From an uncultured virus (IMG/VR IMGVR_UViG_3300020578_000048) (taxonomy: Duplodnaviria > Heunggongvirae > Uroviricota > Caudoviricetes), in the IMG/VR virus record IMGVR_UViG_3300020578_000048: 64,000 bases of DNA. One strand, written 5' to 3'. Shown one piece after another: positions 27,699 through 37,551 of the stretch (the first letter of the stretch is position 1; every line of letters begins with the position of its first letter). Position numbers and translations under genes: made by a program. Below the pieces are notes generated by a model. That model saw only the letters and a list, made by a program, of their open reading frames with translations, was not told the origin of the DNA and did no database searches.

Positions 27699-28444
27699 TG
27701 ACTAATGCCACATTTACCAACAGGACCATTGTTTGATGTAAAACCAGGACATCTGGTTCTTGACTGGGATGATGCCATTTGTTTCAAGGCTGTTTGTGTT
27801 TTTATCCCTATTTTATTCCAGGGTTGAAATTGACTTTTTAATTGGCCATGTTCATGGTAAAACAAAGTCACGCCGCTCATGTTTTGATCAGGAACTATGA
27901 TTGTTCTTGTGACATGATCAAACACACCCCGATCATTGTCGCCAAATGTCACCACCGAAAATTCATCATCTAGTTTCCTCAAGGTTTTAGCCGAGGCAAA
28001 TGTATTTTCAACATCACTAAGATCTATGCTGCCTTTGAAGGCTTGGGATGGTCCTGCCAATGTGGCTGCTGCTGTGCCTGCCACTGCGGCTTGACCTGCT
28101 GTTTTTAAAAACCCCCTACGTCCGGTGTCTATTTCACGCAATTTGGTCATTTCTTCTGGGCGTTTACCAAAAGTATCGTGTACCAAACTATCTAATTTTT
28201 TATGAAATTTTAATTCTTCCGCAGCAGAAGCATTTCTGGCTTCTGTGACTTGACGTTTTGGTAAACCTTTGTGTGAAGTGCTGGCGAAGTCCTTGACGTC
28301 TTTTTTACTCATGGTCTTTGCTGCTTTCTTTAGTTCAGGGCTGGCACCTTTGACTTTCTCGCCTTTTTGCATGGCATGTGCCATGCCCATGAACTTTTGT
28401 TGTTGCTGACTTACTGCCTTTTCGGCAACATGAGTTTCATCTAT
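27695..28444 (-). CDS. C-terminal part of a putative head-internal polyprotein carrying an internal Tat signal (-1 frame continuation of 28441..29580)
   Basis: Frame is open upstream of ATG 28390 through IDETHVAEKAVSQQQQKF to the A10 run; contains GRRGFLK, an Ala-rich h-region and SQA. Confidence 0.65.
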   Translation of the reverse strand: MDETHVAEKAVSQQQQKFMGMAHAMQKGEKVKGASPELKKAAKTMSKKDVKDFASTSHKGLPKRQVTEARNASAAEELKFHKKLDSLVHDTFGKRPEEMTKLREIDTGRRGFLKTAGQAAVAGTAAATLAGPSQAFKGSIDLSDVENTFASAKTLRKLDDEFSVVTFGDNDRGVFDHVTRTIIVPDQNMSGVTLFYHEHGQLKSQFQPWNKIGIKTQTALKQMASSQSRTRCPGFTSNNGPVGKCGISQ

Positions 28445-29580
28445 TTTTTTTTTGACTTGTCGGCAATGGCCTTTTTCATTGGCTCTTTTTTATCGCCGTC
28501 TTTGTCCATGTCTAGAAAATCTGGTTTTTTGCCTTTACTTTCAACCTTAAACGCTGCTAGTTCTTCATTTAAGCGACGCTCAATTTCTGCTAGTGCCTTT
28601 GCTTCACGCATGACCATTGGATTGTCGCCACCGGCAACCTTAGGGAAACTATTTTTTGGACGATGCATATCGTTGCCCTGTGCCAACTGAGGTTCTAGCC
28701 CCTGCACTTCCACAGCAGGTTCATTGGCATAATCTGATTCCACACTGACCTGCATGTGGCCTTCGGGGGCAGGTCGTCTGCCTAGTCCACTAAGTTTTAA
28801 CAATCTAGCCAGTTCTTCAGCAGCCTCACCTTGTGCAGTAACAGTTAGACTCTTATGACCGGTACGAGTGTCTGTGCTGGCATTGATATTCATGCCTGAT
28901 TCTTGTTCAGGTTTACCGCTCATCATAGTTTGACCACAACATTCTTCTAGGTCAGCAGCCTCGTTCATGCGTGATTCTTGTGAGTAGGCACTCATGGCTC
29001 CTTGATAACATTTTTCCAGATCAATTTGTTCATTGATATTTTTACTGCGTTGCCAACTGGCAGCATTTAGTACTCTCACACCAATTTCCTCACCATATTG
29101 CGTGACGAAGGCCATGAAATTATCTTTTATCCATTGTTCTTGTCCCGGAGCATGATTTTCATACACAGATGTCTTGAAAGTACCTGTGGTTTGTTCGTCT
29201 GCATGCAGCTTGTCTTGGGCTTCTTTCACAGGATATTTTTCACCGTCTACTTCAAACTCATTTTGACCAGCGGCTCTGGCATTAGACAACTCACCCGTAA
29301 ATCTGTTGCCCTCGTTGGCTTTTTTCTTGGCTCGCCTTTCTGCTTGTTTTGTGTCAGCATCTTTGCTGGTGTCCTGGCCCGGCAAATCTTTTTTGGTATA
29401 CTGAATACCTTTTTCTGTTTTTTTGGCAGTGTGTCCGGTCATGGTATCACGTGCGACGTGATCACTGTTTCTGCCATGTTCGAGTTCTTGACGGTCACGC
29501 AAGTCATCTAATCTGCCCTCTTTCAGCACAACTTTACAATCAATGCTGTCTAATTTTATCAGTAACTGTTTTAAATCCAT
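28441..29580 (-). CDS. Putative prohead core / internal head protein
   Basis: Highly charged 379 aa; repeated hydrophobic-x-E sites; DMDKDGD motif; head-gene context. Confidence 0.6.
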   Translation of the reverse strand: MDLKQLLIKLDSIDCKVVLKEGRLDDLRDRQELEHGRNSDHVARDTMTGHTAKKTEKGIQYTKKDLPGQDTSKDADTKQAERRAKKKANEGNRFTGELSNARAAGQNEFEVDGEKYPVKEAQDKLHADEQTTGTFKTSVYENHAPGQEQWIKDNFMAFVTQYGEEIGVRVLNAASWQRSKNINEQIDLEKCYQGAMSAYSQESRMNEAADLEECCGQTMMSGKPEQESGMNINASTDTRTGHKSLTVTAQGEAAEELARLLKLSGLGRRPAPEGHMQVSVESDYANEPAVEVQGLEPQLAQGNDMHRPKNSFPKVAGGDNPMVMREAKALAEIERRLNEELAAFKVESKGKKPDFLDMDKDGDKKEPMKKAIADKSKKK

Positions 29581-29581
29581 G

Positions 29582-30160
29582 TTATTTTCCTTTAGGCATG
29601 ACTATGGTATTTTGTTTTGAACCCACTGGGCTCAAAGATCCCATGGGTTCTGATTGAACAGGAGCGGATGGCGATTCACGGCCGGCTATGATGTAACTTC
29701 GTGTTTTTAGATTTTTTTTCAAATCATCAGTTCGTTGGTCACCCACCAAATGTTGAACGGATTCTGACTCTAATTTAGAATTCAGCAACAGCGATTGATT
29801 TTTTTCTTCATGAGTCTCCGGAGGTGTTTCATAATTTTGTTCTTCCAGTTTGGTTCGTACCAAGACCTGGCCGTTTGTGATGTTTAAATGTTGTGACACC
29901 AATTGAGCTATCTGTGGAGTTATAGTGGGATATTTCAAACTAACTTCAAAAATCATAATCTCGCAGGGACCCATGGTGAGAAAATCTCTGTGTTGTTGGA
30001 TGGGCAATCTGCGAACTGCGCTCATGTTTTCCACCACATAAACATTTAACCCAGATTTGACTTTGTCAAGTTCCTTTTTTGTGAGATCACAGTTGGCCAC
30101 TTTTACCACAAATTCGTAAGGTTTGTGCAAATTCATCACATAATCTGAATAAGGTTTCAT
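29582..30160 (-). CDS. Hypothetical structural protein
   Basis: 192 aa; late motif upstream at 30178-30187. Confidence 0.65.
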   Translation of the reverse strand: MKPYSDYVMNLHKPYEFVVKVANCDLTKKELDKVKSGLNVYVVENMSAVRRLPIQQHRDFLTMGPCEIMIFEVSLKYPTITPQIAQLVSQHLNITNGQVLVRTKLEEQNYETPPETHEEKNQSLLLNSKLESESVQHLVGDQRTDDLKKNLKTRSYIIAGRESPSAPVQSEPMGSLSPVGSKQNTIVMPKGK

Positions 30161-30180
30161 TGTGCAGATCCTGATTTTAT

Positions 30181-30693
30181 TTATTTAGTGTTTTTTCCAG
30201 AATTTTCACAGTCGGTGTTTGTGATCTGTCTAAACAACCTATTTCTGTCTATGACCATGGCCTCTACATCAATGGCAGTGTGAGTCACAGTGTTTGAGGT
30301 TTGGTCCAGTTTTAGTTTTTTCAATTGCAAATCCACTACCCGGAGTTTTTTATCAATTTTGGCCTGTCGAGCCGTGATGGCATGACCCAATAACATGCCA
30401 GCAGTTTGTAGAATTTGACCACTGTATCTGGCTTCAACATTCATGCCTAAATTCATGAGATCTTCAAACTTTTCTTTGGCCAAATCTGCAAGTTCGTCTA
30501 ATTCTTGATCAGTACCATCTAAATCATTTTGACCGGGTAAAGCTTGATCTATTCTGTCCATGATGCTTTGAGCACGAACAATGTCTTGGTGTTTGTTTGA
30601 TAATTTTTTTAATTCATCCATGACGGAGACATCCCCATTATGATTATTATCCGGGCATGCTAGATCAAACAACTGTTCTAATGGTTTGGTCAT
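30181..30693 (-). CDS. Helical protein, candidate terminase small subunit
   Basis: Start MTKPLEQLF 5 nt after TAAATA; two long helices; IDRNRL tail; near terminase. The function is inference. Confidence 0.4.
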   Translation of the reverse strand: MTKPLEQLFDLACPDNNHNGDVSVMDELKKLSNKHQDIVRAQSIMDRIDQALPGQNDLDGTDQELDELADLAKEKFEDLMNLGMNVEARYSGQILQTAGMLLGHAITARQAKIDKKLRVVDLQLKKLKLDQTSNTVTHTAIDVEAMVIDRNRLFRQITNTDCENSGKNTK

Positions 30694-30697
30694 GCTG

Positions 30698-31132
30698 TTA
30701 TTTATTTTTTGTTTGAACATATATGTCATTTTCGGACACCACACGAAATACAAGTCCTTGTTGTTGACACCAGGCTCGAGCAGCTGACCATTTGGCCAAA
30801 TTCACGGCCACAGCCGCACGATCCCTTGTGCTGCGAGCATTTTCCATGGTGGTTTCCTTGGAAGGTTTTATTTCTATAACTTCGCGGTGTTGCACTTGAT
30901 TTTTATCCACGTAAAATATAAGAAAATCAGGTATATACACAGTGTTTTTACCAGTGAAAGGATGACGATAGGGGATCATGAAAGGTTCACTGGCCCAATT
31001 TATCACACTGGGGTTTTGGTCACAGAACAGACAAAACGTGAACTCCCAACTGGATCTGTAATGAGGTTGTCTTTTTCCCACATATTTTTTAAGATTTTTA
31101 ATGGTATAGATACCTTGAGCATATTTACTCAT
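30698..31132 (-). CDS. Head completion nuclease (T4 gp4 / TnsA-like)
   Basis: KYVG...YRSSWE, WASE, IPYRHP, YIPDF, IEIKP, NLAKWSAA, FRVVSE. Confidence 0.9.
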   Translation of the reverse strand: MSKYAQGIYTIKNLKKYVGKRQPHYRSSWEFTFCLFCDQNPSVINWASEPFMIPYRHPFTGKNTVYIPDFLIFYVDKNQVQHREVIEIKPSKETTMENARSTRDRAAVAVNLAKWSAARAWCQQQGLVFRVVSENDIYVQTKNK

Positions 31133-31142
31133 GATTGAGTGT

Positions 31143-31523
31143 TTACACTAACAAAGTGCGTAGCAGATACTTGCTGACTTTGGGTCTGTTTTGCACACCT
31201 AAATAACTGGTTCCCACTCTACTGATGTTAAAGAACATGTTGAGATAGGTCATGATTTCGGATTTATCCATGTTTCTTATTTTATCAAACACCATCATGG
31301 GATCTTGATTTTGTGCCAGACTAGTGTAAATCACAGTGCTGGCCAAAATTCTGGCCGATTGGCGATTGCCGGTCACTCTTTCAAAATAAGACAATATGGT
31401 GTTGTTGAGTTCGGGAGGTATTGAAAAATTTGGCTGCATGACATTTGTGAAAAACTTTTGCGCAGTGCTGTTGGCATCAAATCCATTGTTCACGGTGGTC
31501 AAATTAGATGGCATGTTTGTCAA
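31143..31523 (-). CDS. Hypothetical structural protein
   Basis: 126 aa within the tail operon. Confidence 0.65.
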   Translation of the reverse strand: MTNMPSNLTTVNNGFDANSTAQKFFTNVMQPNFSIPPELNNTILSYFERVTGNRQSARILASTVIYTSLAQNQDPMMVFDKIRNMDKSEIMTYLNMFFNISRVGTSYLGVQNRPKVSKYLLRTLLV

Positions 31524-33235
31524 TCGCCCAATTGTGACAGTTGATTTCGCAGTTTTTCAAGTGTTTGACTCTCACGATAATGCGAGGTAGTGGCCAGTTC
31601 TATTGCAGTTGGCTTAGGTTTTAACTGTATATTCACATCATTGATTAGAAACACTTGGTTTCTTTCCCAATTTAAGTGTTGGGGTGTACCTGAAGGGTAT
31701 GGATTAGTTGCTGCCCTAAGATCTGACAACTGACTTTCGAGTTGTGCTCTACGTGCAATTTGACTATCTAAATTATTTTTTTCCTCAGTCACTCGCAGAC
31801 CCGTCGCAATTATTTGATATTCCAGCGCTTCACGTTCTAGTGCTCTACGGTCAATGTTTGCTCTCGGGTCAATTACCCCAGATGTTTTTGAAACCGGAGC
31901 TGGTTCTGAACCTGGAGGTTCTTGCACAAGCTGGTCAAAAGGACTGACAAATTCATCTCCAGTCTCGGGATTAATTCTTGTTCCTGGCGTTTGTCCTAAT
32001 GCAGGTTGATAAAACACAGTGGCTCCTGGTGCTGGACCTCTTTGTGGACCTTGACCTATCTGCATGTCTATATTGTCAAGACCAGCATTTGTTCTCATTG
32101 CTTGGCCTGATGCTAGATCATCAGCATCGGCTTGATTAGGATCAACTGATTGTGCGACTTTAGGTAATCCTCCATTAGGAAGTTGTACTGAACCAGTTGA
32201 TACAACCAAACCACGTCTAGACCCGGCGCCACTTGTGGCCCCGGCCATGCTGGTTATCAAGCCCTGACTGACAATCCCAGCCACTTCATTGGTCAAAGCT
32301 TTTCCCAAATTTACACCTCTCGCAGCATTTACTCCGCGTGAAGCCAACATCACAGCCGCAAGATAATTACCTTGTTGTAAAGCAGTCAATGCTGAACCAG
32401 CAGTGCTCAACAAGCCACCACTGCCAAAAATACTACGATTAACAGGAGGATTCCTCAAGGGACTGGGTGTGAGATCATGGTACTCTAGTAGAGCAAAACC
32501 ATCAGGACTTTGATTTGAAATGACACCATCTTGGTAAAGTACACTTTCATAAGACACTGTCATCACACATTCCAGTGTGTTGGGATCTGCAGAGTTGACA
32601 TGTGTGCCATGTCTGAATGTTTTTATTAAAGGATTGATCAAAATATACTCTGAAAAACTTTTAAGATGCAGACTATATATGCGTATGGCTCTGATAAAGT
32701 TACCGGGGTCTTCTTTTCTACGAGTGTAGCCAAAATTACCCACACTGTCTTCTTGATACTTGTGAGGTATGTGATAAGAGGCCGTGGTAGAAGATTGATT
32801 TAAATCACCGTAATCACTGTCTCGATAATAATATCTAAAATAGTCATAATAAAAATTTCTCACCACATTGGCACTGTCGTCATGAAAAGTCATAGACACA
32901 TCATCATAACCAATTTTACTTTGTACTAAATTGGGTCTATTATAGGCATTATAATTTTTCACTGTGTAGGTATATTTGGGAAGATCGCTGCTTTTAGTCA
33001 TTAGACCCAATTCCACTTGACTGCTGCGACCTGTCAAATACCTGCTGGACAACTGTGAATTTATGTCAATAAACACATGAAATAAAAAAGCATTTTTTGG
33101 AATTAATCTGTAACTACCACCACCAATGAAAATTTTACTGGCATGTTTGTAGTCACTGAGCACATCCGTGGTGCCCATTTCATTAAACACTTGACCAGCG
33201 TAGTTAATACCTTGTCTTAATATATTCCTAATCAT
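31520..33235 (-). CDS. Tail-tube-like baseplate protein (gp48/gp54-like) with a C-terminal extension
   Basis: KSSDLPKYTY...NAYNR...YDDVSMTFHDD...INPLI...MTVSYE tube-fold pattern; follows the tube gene. Confidence 0.65.
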   Translation of the reverse strand: MIRNILRQGINYAGQVFNEMGTTDVLSDYKHASKIFIGGGSYRLIPKNAFLFHVFIDINSQLSSRYLTGRSSQVELGLMTKSSDLPKYTYTVKNYNAYNRPNLVQSKIGYDDVSMTFHDDSANVVRNFYYDYFRYYYRDSDYGDLNQSSTTASYHIPHKYQEDSVGNFGYTRRKEDPGNFIRAIRIYSLHLKSFSEYILINPLIKTFRHGTHVNSADPNTLECVMTVSYESVLYQDGVISNQSPDGFALLEYHDLTPSPLRNPPVNRSIFGSGGLLSTAGSALTALQQGNYLAAVMLASRGVNAARGVNLGKALTNEVAGIVSQGLITSMAGATSGAGSRRGLVVSTGSVQLPNGGLPKVAQSVDPNQADADDLASGQAMRTNAGLDNIDMQIGQGPQRGPAPGATVFYQPALGQTPGTRINPETGDEFVSPFDQLVQEPPGSEPAPVSKTSGVIDPRANIDRRALEREALEYQIIATGLRVTEEKNNLDSQIARRAQLESQLSDLRAATNPYPSGTPQHLNWERNQVFLINDVNIQLKPKPTAIELATTSHYRESQTLEKLRNQLSQLGD

Positions 33236-33249
33236 GTGTGATATTTTAG

Positions 33250-33283
33250 AAAAAAAAGACCCAAATAAATTTGGATCTTTTTT
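33250..33283 (-). terminator. Intrinsic terminator after the tail tube gene (possibly bidirectional)
   Basis: A6-GATCCAAA-TTTA-TTTGGGTC-T8 on the minus strand. Confidence 0.7.
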
Positions 33284-33305
33284 ATAACATGTCAGTGACC
33301 ATTCA

Positions 33306-33923
33306 TCACAACGTGGCCAGTGCTCCGCGTGAAGTAGTCACACGTGTACCTATGCCAGCACCTCCTGGCACTTGAGTGGCATTGTCAAATCTAATTGACA
33401 ACTGAATGGTCACTGGATCATTGTTTTGATAATTCAACTCCTGATAGTTGGCATCTTTTATGTAACAACCCACTATTTCCCATGTTTCCAAGACTCTGGG
33501 TGTCACGGCACCATTTCCACCATCTAACATTTCGCAGCGCATGTTAAATTTATAATCTCCACCTGCTGCGGCAGAACTCTGTTCCATGAAATCAAATTGT
33601 TTTTGCAGTTGTAGACCCACCAATCTGGTCACATTACCTGGAGCATCATCTCTTATAGTGGTGCTGATATCGCTCCATGTGTGTTTGCCAGCTAATCGCA
33701 CTGTACTGTTGTACACATGTATGTCCACGTCTTGAAAACTAACTTGTGGCCTATTAAAACTCTGCACTTGCTTGGTCAACTCCAACACATCCACTCCGTT
33801 TCCAAAGTTTTCAAAAAACACCCTGAACCTGTATTGAAGCTTGGGCATGAGCAGGCCTTGAGCCGAAGCACTTTGATTGGTGCGCAATGGCACTGTGAAC
33901 TTACTCATACTAAGCACTGACAT
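33306..33923 (-). CDS. Tail tube protein (T4 gp19-like)
   Basis: PKLQYRFRV, LAGKHTWSDISTTIRDD, ETWEIVGC, IQLSIRFDNA; directly after the sheath. Confidence 0.85.
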   Translation of the reverse strand: MSVLSMSKFTVPLRTNQSASAQGLLMPKLQYRFRVFFENFGNGVDVLELTKQVQSFNRPQVSFQDVDIHVYNSTVRLAGKHTWSDISTTIRDDAPGNVTRLVGLQLQKQFDFMEQSSAAAGGDYKFNMRCEMLDGGNGAVTPRVLETWEIVGCYIKDANYQELNYQNNDPVTIQLSIRFDNATQVPGGAGIGTRVTTSRGALATL

Positions 33924-33986
33924 AGGATTCCCCTTTTATGTGATTATTTATCATTATTTTTACCATTATTCAACACGTGACATTTT

Positions 33987-36900
33987 TTAACCCACACCTG
34001 TGGTGGCTGAAGTGGTCTGTGTGCCAGCTATGGCTCCGGGATTTTTTAATCTTATGGGAATATACACAAATTCCACCGCTTTCACGGGTTCTATTGCCAC
34101 ATCCACATAAAGTTCATTTCTGGCTATTCTATCAGGAGTGTTATTGGATTCATCACAGACCACAAGATAGTCATAAACACCGCGTTTGGCCACAAGATCA
34201 TTGAGAAGACTTTCCACCAATTGTTTAATTTGGTCTCTGGTGATTTTATCGTTAGGCTCAAATAAGAATTGGTTGGCCACCGATGCTAATAAAGTGCGGA
34301 GATAGTTGACCAATCTGGCCACGTTAATGCGATCCATGGCACTGCCACTGCCGGTGGTACTTCCTGTGCTGGCCACAGTGGGTGCACGAGTTTTTTGACC
34401 AAACACCACCAGCCCAGTGCCGTTTATCAAAGTCAAGGGGTTAATTTTATTTTCATACAACAAATCTCTTTGGTTCATGTTGGTGCGTGTTACCACAAAC
34501 AATCCTGTTCTAGCATTGATGAATCCTAAATTTATGGCATTGTCAACTAGACCACGTCTAGTGCCGGCAGGTGCAAACCACTGGTAACTTACTTGATCAT
34601 TATATAAAAATGTACGCAACATCACGTGACTGGCGGGCACTACTATTTCGTTGCCAGCTAAATCATTAGACAAAGCACTGGGATAATACAAAGCCAAAAA
34701 AGGCGTGTTGTTGATGGCCACATTGTTGTTGTAATCTAAAATATCATTTGTATTGTTGGGCAAAGTCATGGGCAAGTCGCCAATGATGAACCCTGTTTGC
34801 GATCTGTCATTGTTTAAAGCAATCAAATTGGGTATTAATTCTGGATAACCCGGGGCTGCTAAGAGATTGAATGCATAACCATCTTCGCGTATTTCAAAAT
34901 TACTATCCACAGCAGCTTTCATGGCCTGGATCACTTCGTGGCGTTGAGCATGTTTGCCCATGGCTGGCTGCTGATTGGTTTTCCTGCCTAATTCAGATAC
35001 CCAAGTGGAAGTTTGTAAAGGCATGATGGCCAGTTCAGGAAAGGAAATACGATTAAAATAATCTTTGATGTATCTCTTGACAATGTAACCACTTCTTCTG
35101 GTGTTGAACAACAGCGTGCCACGTGGATACAATCTATAATTCGGACAGTCCGCATCCACGTAGTCACTTTTTAACATTTTTGTAATGTCAGGAAAAATAC
35201 CTGCCACAGGATCTATGACACCGCCTATGGACATGAGATTGCTGTCAAGGTCAGCGTCCCACCTTGCGTCTGCAAACACTATGCCATTTTGGCTGATATC
35301 ATCTAAATTATCAATCGTAATCCAAGTCTTTCCTGGTTTATGATAGCGGTATAACCGGGGGAAATTTTCTAAATCACTAGTGTCTAACCAAAGGTCTCCA
35401 CTTTCTAACATAGTGTTGTCTGACTGTGTTTCTGGTTGGCTGAAACTCACAATCACTCCCTTGGGATCAGTTTGACTGAGATCATATCCTCTAGCGTCTA
35501 TGGTCACATTGTGATATCCTCGCCATCCCAAACTGTCACTGATCATGATATCCACTTGAGTGGGTTCATCCCAGTACCATAATTTACCATCAGCAGGTGC
35601 GGTGAAAGGTGTGCTGGCGCTGTATGTGTACACAGCTTCAGACCAGTTGGTCAAGTTAATACTGCCGGGCACCACGTTGGGTGTGACTCCCACTGTGCTG
35701 GTGGTGAAACCCACATTGCTCACAGGAGTGCCTGTGACATTGTTCAAAGTAATAATCCCACCCGATCTATGCATCATGCTGACTGCACCCGAAGGTTCCA
35801 TTTGAGCTGCCACATTGGGAATGTTTAACGCAAGCACAGCAGTCACAAATGCCTGAGCCTGTGGCCTTGCCAAATTCGTGTCAATAGGGCCCACAGTGCA
35901 GGTGTACACTGTGGGTGGTGTGACACTAGGATCTTGGCCGGGTTGACTAGGTGTGATTGTGAATTGATCTGTGGCATTCAAAATAAAATTGGTCTGACTG
36001 CCTGTGACTTTGGTTTGACCACGAACTCTTTGATAGTAGATTTTGAACCCCACGTTGCCATTATTGGCAGGCAGTTGTTTGGCAAACAAAGCATTCAAGC
36101 CCAAATTCAAACCTCCACCTGATGTGTCTAAATTATAGTTGGCATGATACGCATTTTCATATACAGGCACAGCAACTTTTTGCCACAGAGCCGTGGTGGT
36201 ATTGTATCTTTTCACATCTAAATTCACGCCCAGGCCTTGAGCGGTGTTGTTAATCCACACACTGTTGCGTGGTCTAGGATTGGCACTGCTTCTTCTCCAC
36301 AAAGGTGCACTGGCAAATCCACCATGAAAAACCACAGCAGGCTGAAACACTGCTAGACCTCTCCAACGTTGATCAGTGACATTCCATGCCCAAGTGGTAC
36401 CATTCACAGTCACAGTGGATGTCACCGCTGTGTTTGCAGGATTGGAAGGTATAGTTCCCAATAAACCAATTCTTGACAAAGGAGAGCCACTTCCATCTTC
36501 TAAGCGCAGCTTTTGGTCGGCGGGTGCTGAAACTCCATTGCTCTTGCTGTCATTATTGATTCTAATACTGAGTCTGTCATCAACCACATCAAAAAACACG
36601 CCATTGGCGCTGTTCAACCCCGGTACGGTACCGCCCAGAAGCGAGGCCAGATTGGCCATTGATGGCACTGTGGCTCCTATGTTCACAGCGACATTGTTCA
36701 CTAGAAAATCAACACCCGGTGCCATCACTCCTGAAATATTGGCACTCACACTGGTCAATGAACTCACCACAACCGGTGTATGGTACTGCCAGTTGGCACT
36801 GCCCAACTGATTCCATGTATTGTCGACTCTGCTCTTATGAAAAACATAATTATTGTTGTCAAACACCGTGATGGCATAATCTCCTTGTCTGCCTATGCTC

Positions 36901-37448
36901 TGCAAAGGCACAGCGGGCACAGTAGATCCTTGAGTGTCATTCACGTCTGAGATCACGATGGGAATTCGATTCACAAATGGAGCTTCAGAAAAATCCAAAG
37001 TGTCATCAAATTCGTAAATTCCCCAGGTGCTGGTGCCTGTGTTCAACCAATTTGTGCCATTGGCAGCTTGACCTGTGGGCCTAATGGCAGTGCCCTTCAA
37101 ATCAGACAAGTCAATGTCAGCTCGCATGACAAAAGCTCTATTGCCAATGCCCATGGCACTGTGTACAGCCATTAGGCCATACTCATTTAATTCACTGCCG
37201 TGCATGGGAGTGTCATTGACAGAACGCTCAAAAAACGGAGTACCAAACAGCGTTGCTAATTCTCGTTGACTGGTCACACCTATAATTTTTCCTGCATTTT
37301 CTTTTCGAGTACCCGGAGCTATGCCATTGCTTATGGTTTTATTTTCTTTGGTGGCAATGATGACAAAGGGTACGGTGCTTATGGCAGATGGTAAGTATTG
37401 ACTTTCATCAATGACTGTGATTTCTACGCCCGGTGATACAAGAGCCAT
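33987..37448 (-). CDS. Contractile tail sheath protein (gp18-like), enlarged
   Basis: MALVSPGVEITVIDESQY, WFAPAGTRRG, INPL, FGQKT, DRINVARL, FLFEPND, VVCDESNNTP, IEPVKAVEFVYIP. Confidence 0.95.
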   Translation of the reverse strand: MALVSPGVEITVIDESQYLPSAISTVPFVIIATKENKTISNGIAPGTRKENAGKIIGVTSQRELATLFGTPFFERSVNDTPMHGSELNEYGLMAVHSAMGIGNRAFVMRADIDLSDLKGTAIRPTGQAANGTNWLNTGTSTWGIYEFDDTLDFSEAPFVNRIPIVISDVNDTQGSTVPAVPLQSIGRQGDYAITVFDNNNYVFHKSRVDNTWNQLGSANWQYHTPVVVSSLTSVSANISGVMAPGVDFLVNNVAVNIGATVPSMANLASLLGGTVPGLNSANGVFFDVVDDRLSIRINNDSKSNGVSAPADQKLRLEDGSGSPLSRIGLLGTIPSNPANTAVTSTVTVNGTTWAWNVTDQRWRGLAVFQPAVVFHGGFASAPLWRRSSANPRPRNSVWINNTAQGLGVNLDVKRYNTTTALWQKVAVPVYENAYHANYNLDTSGGGLNLGLNALFAKQLPANNGNVGFKIYYQRVRGQTKVTGSQTNFILNATDQFTITPSQPGQDPSVTPPTVYTCTVGPIDTNLARPQAQAFVTAVLALNIPNVAAQMEPSGAVSMMHRSGGIITLNNVTGTPVSNVGFTTSTVGVTPNVVPGSINLTNWSEAVYTYSASTPFTAPADGKLWYWDEPTQVDIMISDSLGWRGYHNVTIDARGYDLSQTDPKGVIVSFSQPETQSDNTMLESGDLWLDTSDLENFPRLYRYHKPGKTWITIDNLDDISQNGIVFADARWDADLDSNLMSIGGVIDPVAGIFPDITKMLKSDYVDADCPNYRLYPRGTLLFNTRRSGYIVKRYIKDYFNRISFPELAIMPLQTSTWVSELGRKTNQQPAMGKHAQRHEVIQAMKAAVDSNFEIREDGYAFNLLAAPGYPELIPNLIALNNDRSQTGFIIGDLPMTLPNNTNDILDYNNNVAINNTPFLALYYPSALSNDLAGNEIVVPASHVMLRTFLYNDQVSYQWFAPAGTRRGLVDNAINLGFINARTGLFVVTRTNMNQRDLLYENKINPLTLINGTGLVVFGQKTRAPTVASTGSTTGSGSAMDRINVARLVNYLRTLLASVANQFLFEPNDKITRDQIKQLVESLLNDLVAKRGVYDYLVVCDESNNTPDRIARNELYVDVAIEPVKAVEFVYIPIRLKNPGAIAGTQTTSATTGVG

Positions 37449-37551
37449 GTCAGTTTCCTTTTAATGATGTCTTATTCTTATTTATTGTGATCCACTAAAA
37501 AACTCCAAGTTAGTGACACCTTTCCACGGACCTTTTAGATTAAATACACAC

